Origin: Bacteroidota bacterium
GTDB lineage: Bacteria > Bacteroidota > Bacteroidia > UBA7662
Direction: 5' to 3'
NCBI GenBank assembly: GCA_005799065.1
Contig: SYHW01000069.1
Location: 1-60,300, forward strand
DNA: 60,300 nt
Position numbers and translations under genes: made by a program. The notes beneath the pieces are model-generated. The model was not told where the DNA came from. It searched no databases and saw nothing but the letters and a program-made list of their open reading frames with translations. Of the stretch, positions 35,084 to 43,241 are shown piece after piece (position 1 is the first letter of the stretch; each line of letters starts with the position of its first letter).

Positions 35084-36200
35084 ACCGACCATAAACGTCA
35101 AGCCATATTTGGGCCCTGCTTTCGGGTGAAAAGCGGGTGGCCCATGCTGAGCAAAGCTTTGCTTGCCTCTGATGAAAGGCGTCGTCATAGAGCAAACGGC
35201 GCATTACCATAGACGCAGCCTCCGCATCATTGGCCCGAACATATGTGGCCGCATTTCCCCCCGCTTCTTCCAAACTGGAACCATGCGCGGCCAAAACCGG
35301 AGTGCCGCACGCGATGCTTTCGAGCACAGGCAGCCCAAATCCTTCATAGCGCGACAAATACACACTGAATCGAGCCCCTCTATACAACTGGGCTAAGGAC
35401 TCAGCACCCGAAGGTTGCTGCCAAATGATGGATTCCGTTAGTTTATTGGCCCGTATTTTAGCATCAATCTTTCTTCTCTCGCTGCCATACGGACCGGTGA
35501 GAACCAAATGGGGGCGGTCGTCAGGAAGTTGCGCATAGGCCTGAAGCACTGTTTGGTAGTTCTTACGGGCATCGCAATTGCCCACGGCAAGGATGTAAGA
35601 ATCGGGAAGTGCATTGTTTGCCACTGTCAGTGAATGATCGCCTGGTTGAAATTCGGTCGATACGCTTTGGTAAATGACATTTATCCGTTCACTTGGGATT
35701 TTAAGCAAGTCCTGAATATCGTGCGCCGTACATTCGCTGATGGCCACAATCAGGTCGGCCTGTTGACACGCTCTTAACACTTTTTGGCGGTAAAAGAAGC
35801 GGTCTGCGAAGGGAAACCATTCTGGATGACGCAGAAATATAAGGTCATGTATGGTCACAATGCTGCACATCCGGTGTCGTTTTAACCCATGCGGGAGCTC
35901 GTGGCTCAAACCGTGGTAGAGCTGCACCCCGGATTGTGCTGCTAATCGAGCTATGCCATAAGTGCGCCAAAGACTGTTTCGAATACCTCTTGCCAAACGA
36001 GCTGCCTGAGGGTGATGGTAGACTAAAGCAGGGTGGTTTCGTTGTTTCCACTCGGGTGGGAGCCCAGCAGCCTCGGGTGAAAACAAATGGTACTCGTTTT
36101 GCGGCGCGGCCTCTAAGAGAGAGGAGAGTAGATTGCGGGCATAGTTACCCAGTCCTGTTCGGTTGTGCAACAAACGCTTCGCATCGAAACCAATTACCAT
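35064..36200 (-). CDS. Glycosyltransferase (GT4/GT1 family)
   Basis: The C-terminal donor-binding motif is SRYEGFGLPVLESIACGTPVLA. Confidence 0.85.
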   Translation of the reverse strand: MVIGFDAKRLLHNRTGLGNYARNLLSSLLEAAPQNEYHLFSPEAAGLPPEWKQRNHPALVYHHPQAARLARGIRNSLWRTYGIARLAAQSGVQLYHGLSHELPHGLKRHRMCSIVTIHDLIFLRHPEWFPFADRFFYRQKVLRACQQADLIVAISECTAHDIQDLLKIPSERINVIYQSVSTEFQPGDHSLTVANNALPDSYILAVGNCDARKNYQTVLQAYAQLPDDRPHLVLTGPYGSERRKIDAKIRANKLTESIIWQQPSGAESLAQLYRGARFSVYLSRYEGFGLPVLESIACGTPVLAAHGSSLEEAGGNAATYVRANDAEAASMVMRRLLYDDAFHQRQAKLCSAWATRFSPESRAQIWLDVYGRFSGSTP

Positions 36201-37030
36201 CAGAGATTTAATGGAAAATCGCGCAGCAAATCGTTGAGGGTTGTCTTGGAACGTGTCTGTTCATCCACCTTTTTCACAATCAAAGCACAGGGTACCGAAT
36301 AGGTGCCTGAAGGGAATTTCTTCGGCTGGCTGCCCGGAATGACCACCGAACCTGGCGGGACATATCCTTTGTATACGACTTCAGATGCTCCGGTCACATC
36401 AATTATGGACGTAGTTTGGGTGAGGGTAAGACCTGCACCCAACACTGAACCCCTTCCGATCCGAACACCTTCCACCAAAATGCAGCGCGAACCAATGAAA
36501 CAATCATCCTCAACCACAACAGGCTGTGCTTGTATGGGTTCTAGAACTCCGCCAATGCCCACTCCACCGCTCAGGTGTACCCTTTTTCCAATTTGGGCGC
36601 AGGAACCCACTGTGGCCCAAGTGTCGACCATAGTGCCTTCGTCGACCCAAGCACCAATATTTACATAACCTGGCATGAGTACAACCCCGGGGGCAAGGTA
36701 GGAACCATAACGTGCTGCTCCCGGGGGCACCACACGCACCCCTGATTTTTCTAAATTTGATTTTATCGGAATTTTATCCCGGAAATTCAAAGGTCCTGAG
36801 CTCATTTCAACATTTTCGCATATTTTAAAATACAATAACACCGCTTTTTTAACCCATTCGATGGTCACCCATTGATCCAATGCGCTTTGGTATTCAGAAA
36901 CCCGTAGCTGACCTTGATCGAGTTGCTCAATGGTGGCTTCAACAGCTATTTTGTAAATAGGATCCTTTAATAGTGAAGGATCAGTCCAGGCCGCATGGAT
37001 CAGTTTTTCCCATTCATTTTGCTTACTCAT
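36200..37030 (-). CDS. dapD: 2,3,4,5-tetrahydropyridine-2,6-dicarboxylate N-succinyltransferase
   Basis: A hexapeptide-repeat left-handed beta-helix region is present ([51 protein letters not shown]). The start MSKQNEW lies at 37030 and overlaps the upstream stop by ATGA. Confidence 0.92.
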   Translation of the reverse strand: MSKQNEWEKLIHAAWTDPSLLKDPIYKIAVEATIEQLDQGQLRVSEYQSALDQWVTIEWVKKAVLLYFKICENVEMSSGPLNFRDKIPIKSNLEKSGVRVVPPGAARYGSYLAPGVVLMPGYVNIGAWVDEGTMVDTWATVGSCAQIGKRVHLSGGVGIGGVLEPIQAQPVVVEDDCFIGSRCILVEGVRIGRGSVLGAGLTLTQTTSIIDVTGASEVVYKGYVPPGSVVIPGSQPKKFPSGTYSVPCALIVKKVDEQTRSKTTLNDLLRDFPLNL

Positions 37031-37557
37031 CCTTCCTTCCATTTGATGCTGCATCCCACGGCTTGAGTCTCAGGGAAATCGACTTCTAATCCATCAAGGG
37101 TATATTCGATGGCATCTTCGAGCCAAATTCGTGTCACTAGATGCGGATTTTCCCAACTGTCATCTATACCACCCTTATATACCAGCTCCCTGGCCGAATT
37201 AAACAAAAAAGCCTCAGGCGTTCGGGTAGCACCGAATAGCTTAGCCACATATTGGCGCTCATCGTGCCAATAAATCGACTCCCATTTGTATTTGGCTGCC
37301 AGTGCTTGCATGGCCTCAAATGAATCGGCTGGATAACGCCCGGCGTCGTTTGGGTTGATGAGAATGACACCTAGATTATCTTCGTAGAACTGAGTGATGA
37401 TTTGATCGATGCGGTCGAGGTAGGCCTGTACATAAGGACAATGGTTACAAATAAATAAGACGAGGATACATGATTTGTCGGAAACATCCATTAATGAATG
37501 CATTTTCTCGTCGCATCCTTTGAGTTCGAAGTAAGGTAGGGTGTCGTGTAGGTTCAT
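37027..37557 (-). CDS. Thioredoxin-fold (AhpC/TSA-like) protein with a CxxC-type motif
   Basis: 176 aa with the redox motif FICNHCPYV. It is the first gene of the trx-like/dapD/glycosyltransferase unit. Confidence 0.75.
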   Translation of the reverse strand: MNLHDTLPYFELKGCDEKMHSLMDVSDKSCILVLFICNHCPYVQAYLDRIDQIITQFYEDNLGVILINPNDAGRYPADSFEAMQALAAKYKWESIYWHDERQYVAKLFGATRTPEAFLFNSARELVYKGGIDDSWENPHLVTRIWLEDAIEYTLDGLEVDFPETQAVGCSIKWKEG

Positions 37558-37570
37558 GAAAATACGAGTC

Positions 37571-37625
37571 GTAGAATGGGTTAATGTTTAAGGTTAAATG
37601 GGTAAAAAATAAAAGTTAAATGGGT
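37571..37625. promoter_or_regulatory. Three phased direct repeats (GTTAAATGGGT-like 11-mers, 22-bp period) upstream of the trx-like/dapD operon
   Basis: The units are GTAGAATGGGT (37571-37581), GTTAAATGGGT (37593-37603) and GTTAAATGGGT (37615-37625). They lie 14-68 nt upstream of the start at 37557. Confidence 0.35.
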
Positions 37626-37711
37626 TCAAGTTTACAGCAAATTGAGTTCATGTTAAAAATGAGTCTCAGGATTCATGACGATTGAAGCGATCAAAAATCG
37701 GAAAATTAAGA

Positions 37712-39295
37712 TTAGGAAGGGGCCGGATCGTCGCGGTGCGAAAAAATTACTTCTTCTCGATCTAAAATTACTTTTCCGGGCGGACCACCCTTAATGGCCC
37801 GTACGAATTTCCTCTGTGTACATGAAATGGCGCAGACTTCTTCGCCCCTGCCCTTTGAATGAAGAGCAGCCAAACGCGCGGCTTGCAACATGACATCTTG
37901 GGGGACAAGTCTTCCGGCGGATCGTATCAATATGTGCGAACCTGAATGACCGCGGGCATGCATCCAAATGTCATTTTTATGCGACTTCCTCAGCAGTTCG
38001 GCATTTCCCTTGCCATCTCGACCCACCCATACCTCCCAACTTTCAATGGAAAAAACACTCCATGCTTTTCGACCAGTATTCGTCGACTCCGTTTTTGGTT
38101 TTAACTTAAAGGCCGACAAGACATCGGGCGGCAATGTGAGTAATTGCACCTGGTCGCTCACTTGCCTCCATTGTTTTGGATCGCCTACAGGAGACAACAG
38201 ACAGATGGCTTGTTGGAGCCCCTTTTGCTCCATACACTTTTGGTTGAGTTGCTGCTGCAGGTGCTCGCGCTGAAGATGCTGTCGTTTTGCTTTGGCGAAT
38301 AGGCGATCGGCATTTTCAGTACATGATCGACCTGGATCGACTCGTATGCTCAGCATACGACTGGGATTTTCACAATCGGGCAAACGAAGCAGCGACGCTT
38401 TGGGCTCGATGAGATCGGGATAGGTCAACAAGCTATTGGCCTGTTTGCGGTAGTCGCCCGATTCATGTAATCCGGCTAGTTCCGACTGCATACGCCTTAT
38501 TTTTTGCTCGGCCAATTGACTGGCTTTTTGGATACGCTCCAAGATGGAGGTTTTATTCTGTTGAAAGGCAAAGCTTGAGGTATATTGTCGGGCAAATTGG
38601 GTTGCGCCCTCCAAAAAGGACAAAGAAGAGCCTCCTGGCCGTGCCGCTGGGTAAAGAACCGGGGATCCAGATGATTCACCTACACAAACGCCGGCATGCT
38701 TCCACCAAAACAAAATTTCTGATTTTGAAGAAAAAAACGGATCATCAACAGCATCGAATCCAATAGACTTCAATTCATCGTCGTATTCGGCTGGCAGAAT
38801 ATGATGGACGTTTTCGATTCGTCCTGTCGAGGAGGGTGTAAAATGGTAGTCGGCTTGGTGTGATCGCCTGAATACCGAATGAACGTGTAGTCCGTCATGG
38901 TACAACACATTACCGTTCCTGCCGAACCACTTAATCCAAATGGCACCTCCGTTATTCAAGGTGATTTCGATTCTGCGATCAAAAACCCAGCCCCAAACCC
39001 CCGTGACTTCGAGCCCCCATGAGGCAAACAGTTGTTTTTCATAGGCTTCGGGCAAAGGCACACCCCCAGGGTGCCAAAAGAGTAGGGGTTGATCAGTCGA
39101 CCAATTGAGCTCTAAAACATAACATGCATCATTCCTGTCGCCAAATGCCAATTGCAATCGTGTGAGGCTCGGCGAAACGATATATGAAATGGTTTTTCCG
39201 TTGAGCTGCTCATGAAGCATGCGGGCCAACAGATTCACGAACAAAAAGTGACTCTGCAAGGCCCCTTTCTGTGGAAGGAAAGGGATTGGCCTCAT
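37712..39295 (-). CDS. NFACT-family (RqcH / FbpA-like) RNA-binding protein
   Basis: 527 aa. The NFACT-N landmarks VFDRRIEITL and GRNGNVLY are present, followed by a central coiled coil. The NFACT-R/DUF814 region reads WEVWVGRDGKGNAELL...DIWMHARGHSGSHILIR. Confidence 0.85.
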   Translation of the reverse strand: MRPIPFLPQKGALQSHFLFVNLLARMLHEQLNGKTISYIVSPSLTRLQLAFGDRNDACYVLELNWSTDQPLLFWHPGGVPLPEAYEKQLFASWGLEVTGVWGWVFDRRIEITLNNGGAIWIKWFGRNGNVLYHDGLHVHSVFRRSHQADYHFTPSSTGRIENVHHILPAEYDDELKSIGFDAVDDPFFSSKSEILFWWKHAGVCVGESSGSPVLYPAARPGGSSLSFLEGATQFARQYTSSFAFQQNKTSILERIQKASQLAEQKIRRMQSELAGLHESGDYRKQANSLLTYPDLIEPKASLLRLPDCENPSRMLSIRVDPGRSCTENADRLFAKAKRQHLQREHLQQQLNQKCMEQKGLQQAICLLSPVGDPKQWRQVSDQVQLLTLPPDVLSAFKLKPKTESTNTGRKAWSVFSIESWEVWVGRDGKGNAELLRKSHKNDIWMHARGHSGSHILIRSAGRLVPQDVMLQAARLAALHSKGRGEEVCAISCTQRKFVRAIKGGPPGKVILDREEVIFSHRDDPAPS

Positions 39296-40053
39296 AAATG
39301 AACGGTTAGCCCGTCGTAGGCCAGATATATATTGTCGGGTAATTGACCGCCCACCTCATGGTGGATCCCCAACTGATGCGAAATATGGGTGAAATAAGCC
39401 TGTTTTGGTTTAACGCGTTCAACTATTTCAATGGCTTCGGTCAGGGTAAAATGAGAAGGGTGGGGGGTATGCCTTAGGGCATTGAGCACGAGTACATCAG
39501 GACTTCCCATTTTCTGGAAGGTTTCTTCTGGGATAAAATTGGCATCGGTGATGTAGGCCAAATTCCCGATCCGAAATCCGAGTACGGGCAGATTCATGTG
39601 CTTTACAGGAAGGGGGATGAATGGAATTCCTGCAGCGGAGAAGGCCTTCGTTTGAATGGAATTCAAGGCCAAATCGGGCACCCCTGGATATCGATGTTCA
39701 TCGAAACAGTAATAAAACTCGCGTCTCAGCGCCTTTTGAACATCTTTTGTTGCGTAAATCTGCGTAGCGGATTTTTGTCGGTAGTTGAATGGACGCACAT
39801 CATCTAGGCCGGCAATGTGGTCTTTGTGTGCATGGGTAAACACCACGCCATCGAGTCGGGTTACTCCCGCCCGAAGCATTTGCTGGCGGAAATCGGGGCC
39901 CGTATCCACCACCACCACCTGTCCGTTGGCCTCCAACATAATGCTGGTGCGCAGACGATGGTCGCGCGGATCCACCGAACGGCATACGGCACACGAACAA
40001 CCGATCACAGGTACTCCCTGAGAGGTTCCAGTTCCTAAAAACGTCAGTTTCAC
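39292..40053 (-). CDS. PhnP-like MBL-fold metallo-hydrolase (cyclic phosphodiesterase family)
   Basis: The motifs are LTFLGTGTSQGVPVIGCSCAVCRS, THAHKDHIAGLDD and FTHISHQ. There is no in-frame ATG near the family N-terminus, so I take the GTG at 40053 (or 40059) as the start. The track ORF runs to 40176. A 4-nt overlap links it to the NFACT gene. Confidence 0.85.
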   Translation of the reverse strand: MKLTFLGTGTSQGVPVIGCSCAVCRSVDPRDHRLRTSIMLEANGQVVVVDTGPDFRQQMLRAGVTRLDGVVFTHAHKDHIAGLDDVRPFNYRQKSATQIYATKDVQKALRREFYYCFDEHRYPGVPDLALNSIQTKAFSAAGIPFIPLPVKHMNLPVLGFRIGNLAYITDANFIPEETFQKMGSPDVLVLNALRHTPHPSHFTLTEAIEIVERVKPKQAYFTHISHQLGIHHEVGGQLPDNIYLAYDGLTVHL

Positions 40054-40069
40054 GACCACATTTTCACGC

Positions 40070-40342
40070 TCACAATGTAAGCCGTGTTTGGCAGATCTCG
40101 GTGAGCAAATTCCGATGGGCAGACTCGAGTGCCTCCAAATCCCATTCGCTTTCGGTAGCCAATTCGCTGAGGGCACTGATTTTGGCTTCCGTGGTGAAAA
40201 ACTTGTTCACCACCACCACTTTTTTTTCACGAAGTACGCACTTTCCAGGCTGAAAATGACCACGCTCATACCGCAACATATAGCCCCCGGCTTTAAAGAG
40301 ATCTTCGACGCGCTTAAGGTATTGGGGAGAACTTTTGTTCAT
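40070..40342 (-). CDS. Small hypothetical protein (90 aa)
   Basis: It is a clean ORF at the head of the MBL/NFACT unit, with a 17-nt gap to the MBL start. I recognise no motif. Confidence 0.55.
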   Translation of the reverse strand: MNKSSPQYLKRVEDLFKAGGYMLRYERGHFQPGKCVLREKKVVVVNKFFTTEAKISALSELATESEWDLEALESAHRNLLTEICQTRLTL

Positions 40343-40411
40343 GTGTAAACAACAACCACAAATTTGAGAATTTCACCCATTGGTTGAGCGACTTTAGGGC
40401 CGGATAATGAG

Positions 40412-40419
40412 TATTTTTG
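40412..40419 (+). promoter_or_regulatory. Putative -7 box TATTTTTG for mnmA
   Basis: The context is GAGTATTTTTGCAGG, ending 7 nt before ATG 40427. Confidence 0.4.
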
Positions 40420-40426
40420 CAGGCTA

Positions 40427-41548
40427 ATGCAAAAAGGGCTCAACAAGCGGGTTTTGGTGGCCATGAGTGGGGGAATCGACAGCACGGTGGCGGCCGTTAT
40501 GCTCCATGAGCAGGGTTATGATGTCATTGGCATCACCATGAAAACATGGGATTATGCATCGGCGGGCGGATCAAAAAAGGAAACCGGCTGTTGCAGTCTC
40601 GATTCGATCAACGACGCCCGTGAAGTGGCCGTTCAGCTCGGCTTCTCCCATATGATTCTCGATTTGCGCGATGAGTTCGGTGATGCCGTGATTGAAAATT
40701 TTGTGGATGAATATCTTTCCGGCAGAACCCCCAATCCGTGCGTACTCTGCAACACACACATTAAATGGGATGCCCTGCTCAGACGGGCCGATATGTTGCA
40801 GTGCGACTTCATTGCCACCGGTCATTATGCGCGCATTCAACAGGAAAATGGACGATTTTATGTCGGTCAGGGCATAGATGGAGGTAAAGACCAGTCTTAT
40901 GTCCTGTGGGGATTGAGCCAAGATTCACTGCGCCGCACCCTTTTTCCGATGGGCAATTACAGAAAGTCGGAAATTAAGCAGATGGCGATTGACAGAGGCT
41001 ATGATTTTTTGGCCAAAAAGCCTGAGAGTTATGAGATTTGCTTCATTCCCGACAACGACTACCGTTCATTTCTAAAACGTCGGGTTGATGGACTGGAGGA
41101 ACGGGTAGAGGGTGGGTTGTTTATTGATCGAAATGGGCAGATATTAGGGCGGCATCGAGGGTATCCCTTCTACACGGTGGGACAGCGCAAGGGCCTAGAA
41201 ATTGCCATAGGTAAACCCATGTTTGTGGCAGAGATCCGCGCCCAGTCCAATACAGTGGTTCTTGGAGAATTGGGTGAACTGGATCGTCAGGCCATGCGCG
41301 TTGACCGGATCAACCTTCAAAAATACCCGAGCATTCCATCTGAAGGCATGGAAGTTTTGGCCAAAATTCGCTACAAAGACCCCGGGCAGGCAGCGATCAT
41401 CTGGCAAGACGGTGATGAAATCTACGCAGAGTTTTCGCGTCCGGTGAAGGCCATAGCACCCGGGCAAAGTGCGGTGTTTTATCAGGACGATGAGGTGGTA
41501 GGTGGGGGCTGGATCAGAGAATCGGTCCTAATCGAATCAAATAAATAA
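40427..41548 (+). CDS. mnmA: tRNA 2-thiouridine(34) synthase
   Basis: The PP-loop VAMSGGIDSTVAA is present, with catalytic Cys residues in NPCVLCN and YEICFI. Confidence 0.95.
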   Translation: MQKGLNKRVLVAMSGGIDSTVAAVMLHEQGYDVIGITMKTWDYASAGGSKKETGCCSLDSINDAREVAVQLGFSHMILDLRDEFGDAVIENFVDEYLSGRTPNPCVLCNTHIKWDALLRRADMLQCDFIATGHYARIQQENGRFYVGQGIDGGKDQSYVLWGLSQDSLRRTLFPMGNYRKSEIKQMAIDRGYDFLAKKPESYEICFIPDNDYRSFLKRRVDGLEERVEGGLFIDRNGQILGRHRGYPFYTVGQRKGLEIAIGKPMFVAEIRAQSNTVVLGELGELDRQAMRVDRINLQKYPSIPSEGMEVLAKIRYKDPGQAAIIWQDGDEIYAEFSRPVKAIAPGQSAVFYQDDEVVGGGWIRESVLIESNK

Positions 41549-41555
41549 ACGGAGC

Positions 41556-43232
41556 ATGAGCAAGTATATCCTGGGTTGTTTCATCTTATTGATTGTTGGA
41601 TTAGAGGGGAGCGCACAAACCGGCAACCGGTATTGGGTTGAATTTACCGATAAATCGGGAACGCCCTTTCGCCTCGACCAGCCAAGTGCGTATTTATCTG
41701 CTCGATCGATTGAACGTCGTCAAAAACAAGGCATCGCCATAGATAGTACAGATTTACCCGTCAATCCGACCTACCTCGCAGCGCTCAGGTCTGCCGGGGC
41801 TGTTGTTCGCCATTCTTCTAAGTGGCTCAACGGCGCGACCATTGAAACACCCGATGCACCAACATTAGCACGCGTTCAAGGTCTTCCCTTTGTGCGATCA
41901 ATTCATAAAAACGGCCGTTCGGCTCCTCATAACGAGCATCCGAGGCCAAGTAAATTTGCGTGGAACGGACTGCAGGAAGGAGTACCGCGCCTTTCTGCTG
42001 ATTCGGGTCAATATGGGGCGGGCTGGGAACAGCTTGCCCTGCACAAAGGGGAATGGCTGCACAACAGGGGATTTAGAGGTGAAGGCGTTTGGATTGCCGT
42101 TTTCGACGCGGGCTTTGTGGAGGTTGACCGACTATCCTGCTTCGATTCGCTTAGATTGGGTAACCGGATCGCAGACACCTGGGATTTCGTGGACCTTTCG
42201 CCCAATCCATTTGGTTTCGACGCGCATGGGACCTATGTGATGGGTTGTTTGGCCGCATGGTGGCCAGGTCGCCTGGTAGGAACCGCTCCCGGCGCAACTT
42301 ATTTACTGTATCGCACCGAAAACAACGTGGGGGGTTCCGAAAATCAGATTGAAGAAGACAATTGGGTGGCCGCTGCTGAACGTGCCGACAGTGCCGGCGC
42401 CGACATTTTTAACACCTCATTGGCCTATTCCACCTTCGATGATCCGCTAATGGACCATAGCTATAACGATATGGATGGCCAAACAGCACGCATTACGCGT
42501 GGAGCAGACTTTGCGGCTTCCAAGGGGATTTTGGTGGTGGCCAGTGCGGGGAACTATGGTAATTCTGCTTGGCGGTATATTGCGGCACCTGCCGATGGTG
42601 ATTCGGTACTTGCCGTAGGGGCTGTGGCCAGAAACAGAAACAGAGTTGCTTTTAGCAGTCAAGGTCCAACCGCTGATGGTCGTATAAAACCAAATGTTAT
42701 GGCGGTCGGTTCAGGGGCAGCCAGTTGCGATTTGACGGGGCAAGACGTGGCTTATGTGAGTGGGACATCCTTCTCAGGACCCATCATGGCTGGACTTGCG
42801 GCATGCTTATGGCAATCCAGACCGCATGCACGATCGATGCACGTATTTAAAGCTCTTGAAATGAGTGCTGATCGTTCGGCGACGCCCGATACTTTTTGCG
42901 GCCATGGAATACCTGATGTTTCTCTTGCCTGGAAACTGCTTCCTTCTGCAGCAACCAATCAACCGTCGGTCGCTTTGGTCTATCCCAATCCCTGTACTGA
43001 AGAGGTTGTTGTAGAATTCCCTTGGAATGGAATCGACCAAAATGATCATCTAGCTGCATTTGATGTCATGGGTCGGTTGTGCAGTCATTTTCGCTACACC
43101 GCCCAGTTCTCTCCTAACGAGCAACGGGTATCAATTTTTATTGAGTTTGAGCCAAACATGCGGGCAGGTTTGTATGTTTTCAATTGGACGACTTCTGATG
43201 CCGGACAGTCGTTTCGAATCATCAAAAACTAA
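41556..43232 (+). CDS. S8-family (subtilisin-like) serine peptidase with a T9SS C-terminal sorting domain
   Basis: A signal peptide is present. The catalytic triad motifs are IAVFDAGF (Asp), HGTYVMG (His) and SGTSFSGPIMAG (Ser). The C-terminal LVYPNPCTEEVVVEF...GLYVFNW is CTD-like. Confidence 0.9.
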   Translation: MSKYILGCFILLIVGLEGSAQTGNRYWVEFTDKSGTPFRLDQPSAYLSARSIERRQKQGIAIDSTDLPVNPTYLAALRSAGAVVRHSSKWLNGATIETPDAPTLARVQGLPFVRSIHKNGRSAPHNEHPRPSKFAWNGLQEGVPRLSADSGQYGAGWEQLALHKGEWLHNRGFRGEGVWIAVFDAGFVEVDRLSCFDSLRLGNRIADTWDFVDLSPNPFGFDAHGTYVMGCLAAWWPGRLVGTAPGATYLLYRTENNVGGSENQIEEDNWVAAAERADSAGADIFNTSLAYSTFDDPLMDHSYNDMDGQTARITRGADFAASKGILVVASAGNYGNSAWRYIAAPADGDSVLAVGAVARNRNRVAFSSQGPTADGRIKPNVMAVGSGAASCDLTGQDVAYVSGTSFSGPIMAGLAACLWQSRPHARSMHVFKALEMSADRSATPDTFCGHGIPDVSLAWKLLPSAATNQPSVALVYPNPCTEEVVVEFPWNGIDQNDHLAAFDVMGRLCSHFRYTAQFSPNEQRVSIFIEFEPNMRAGLYVFNWTTSDAGQSFRIIKN

Positions 43233-43241
43233 CCACCGTTT

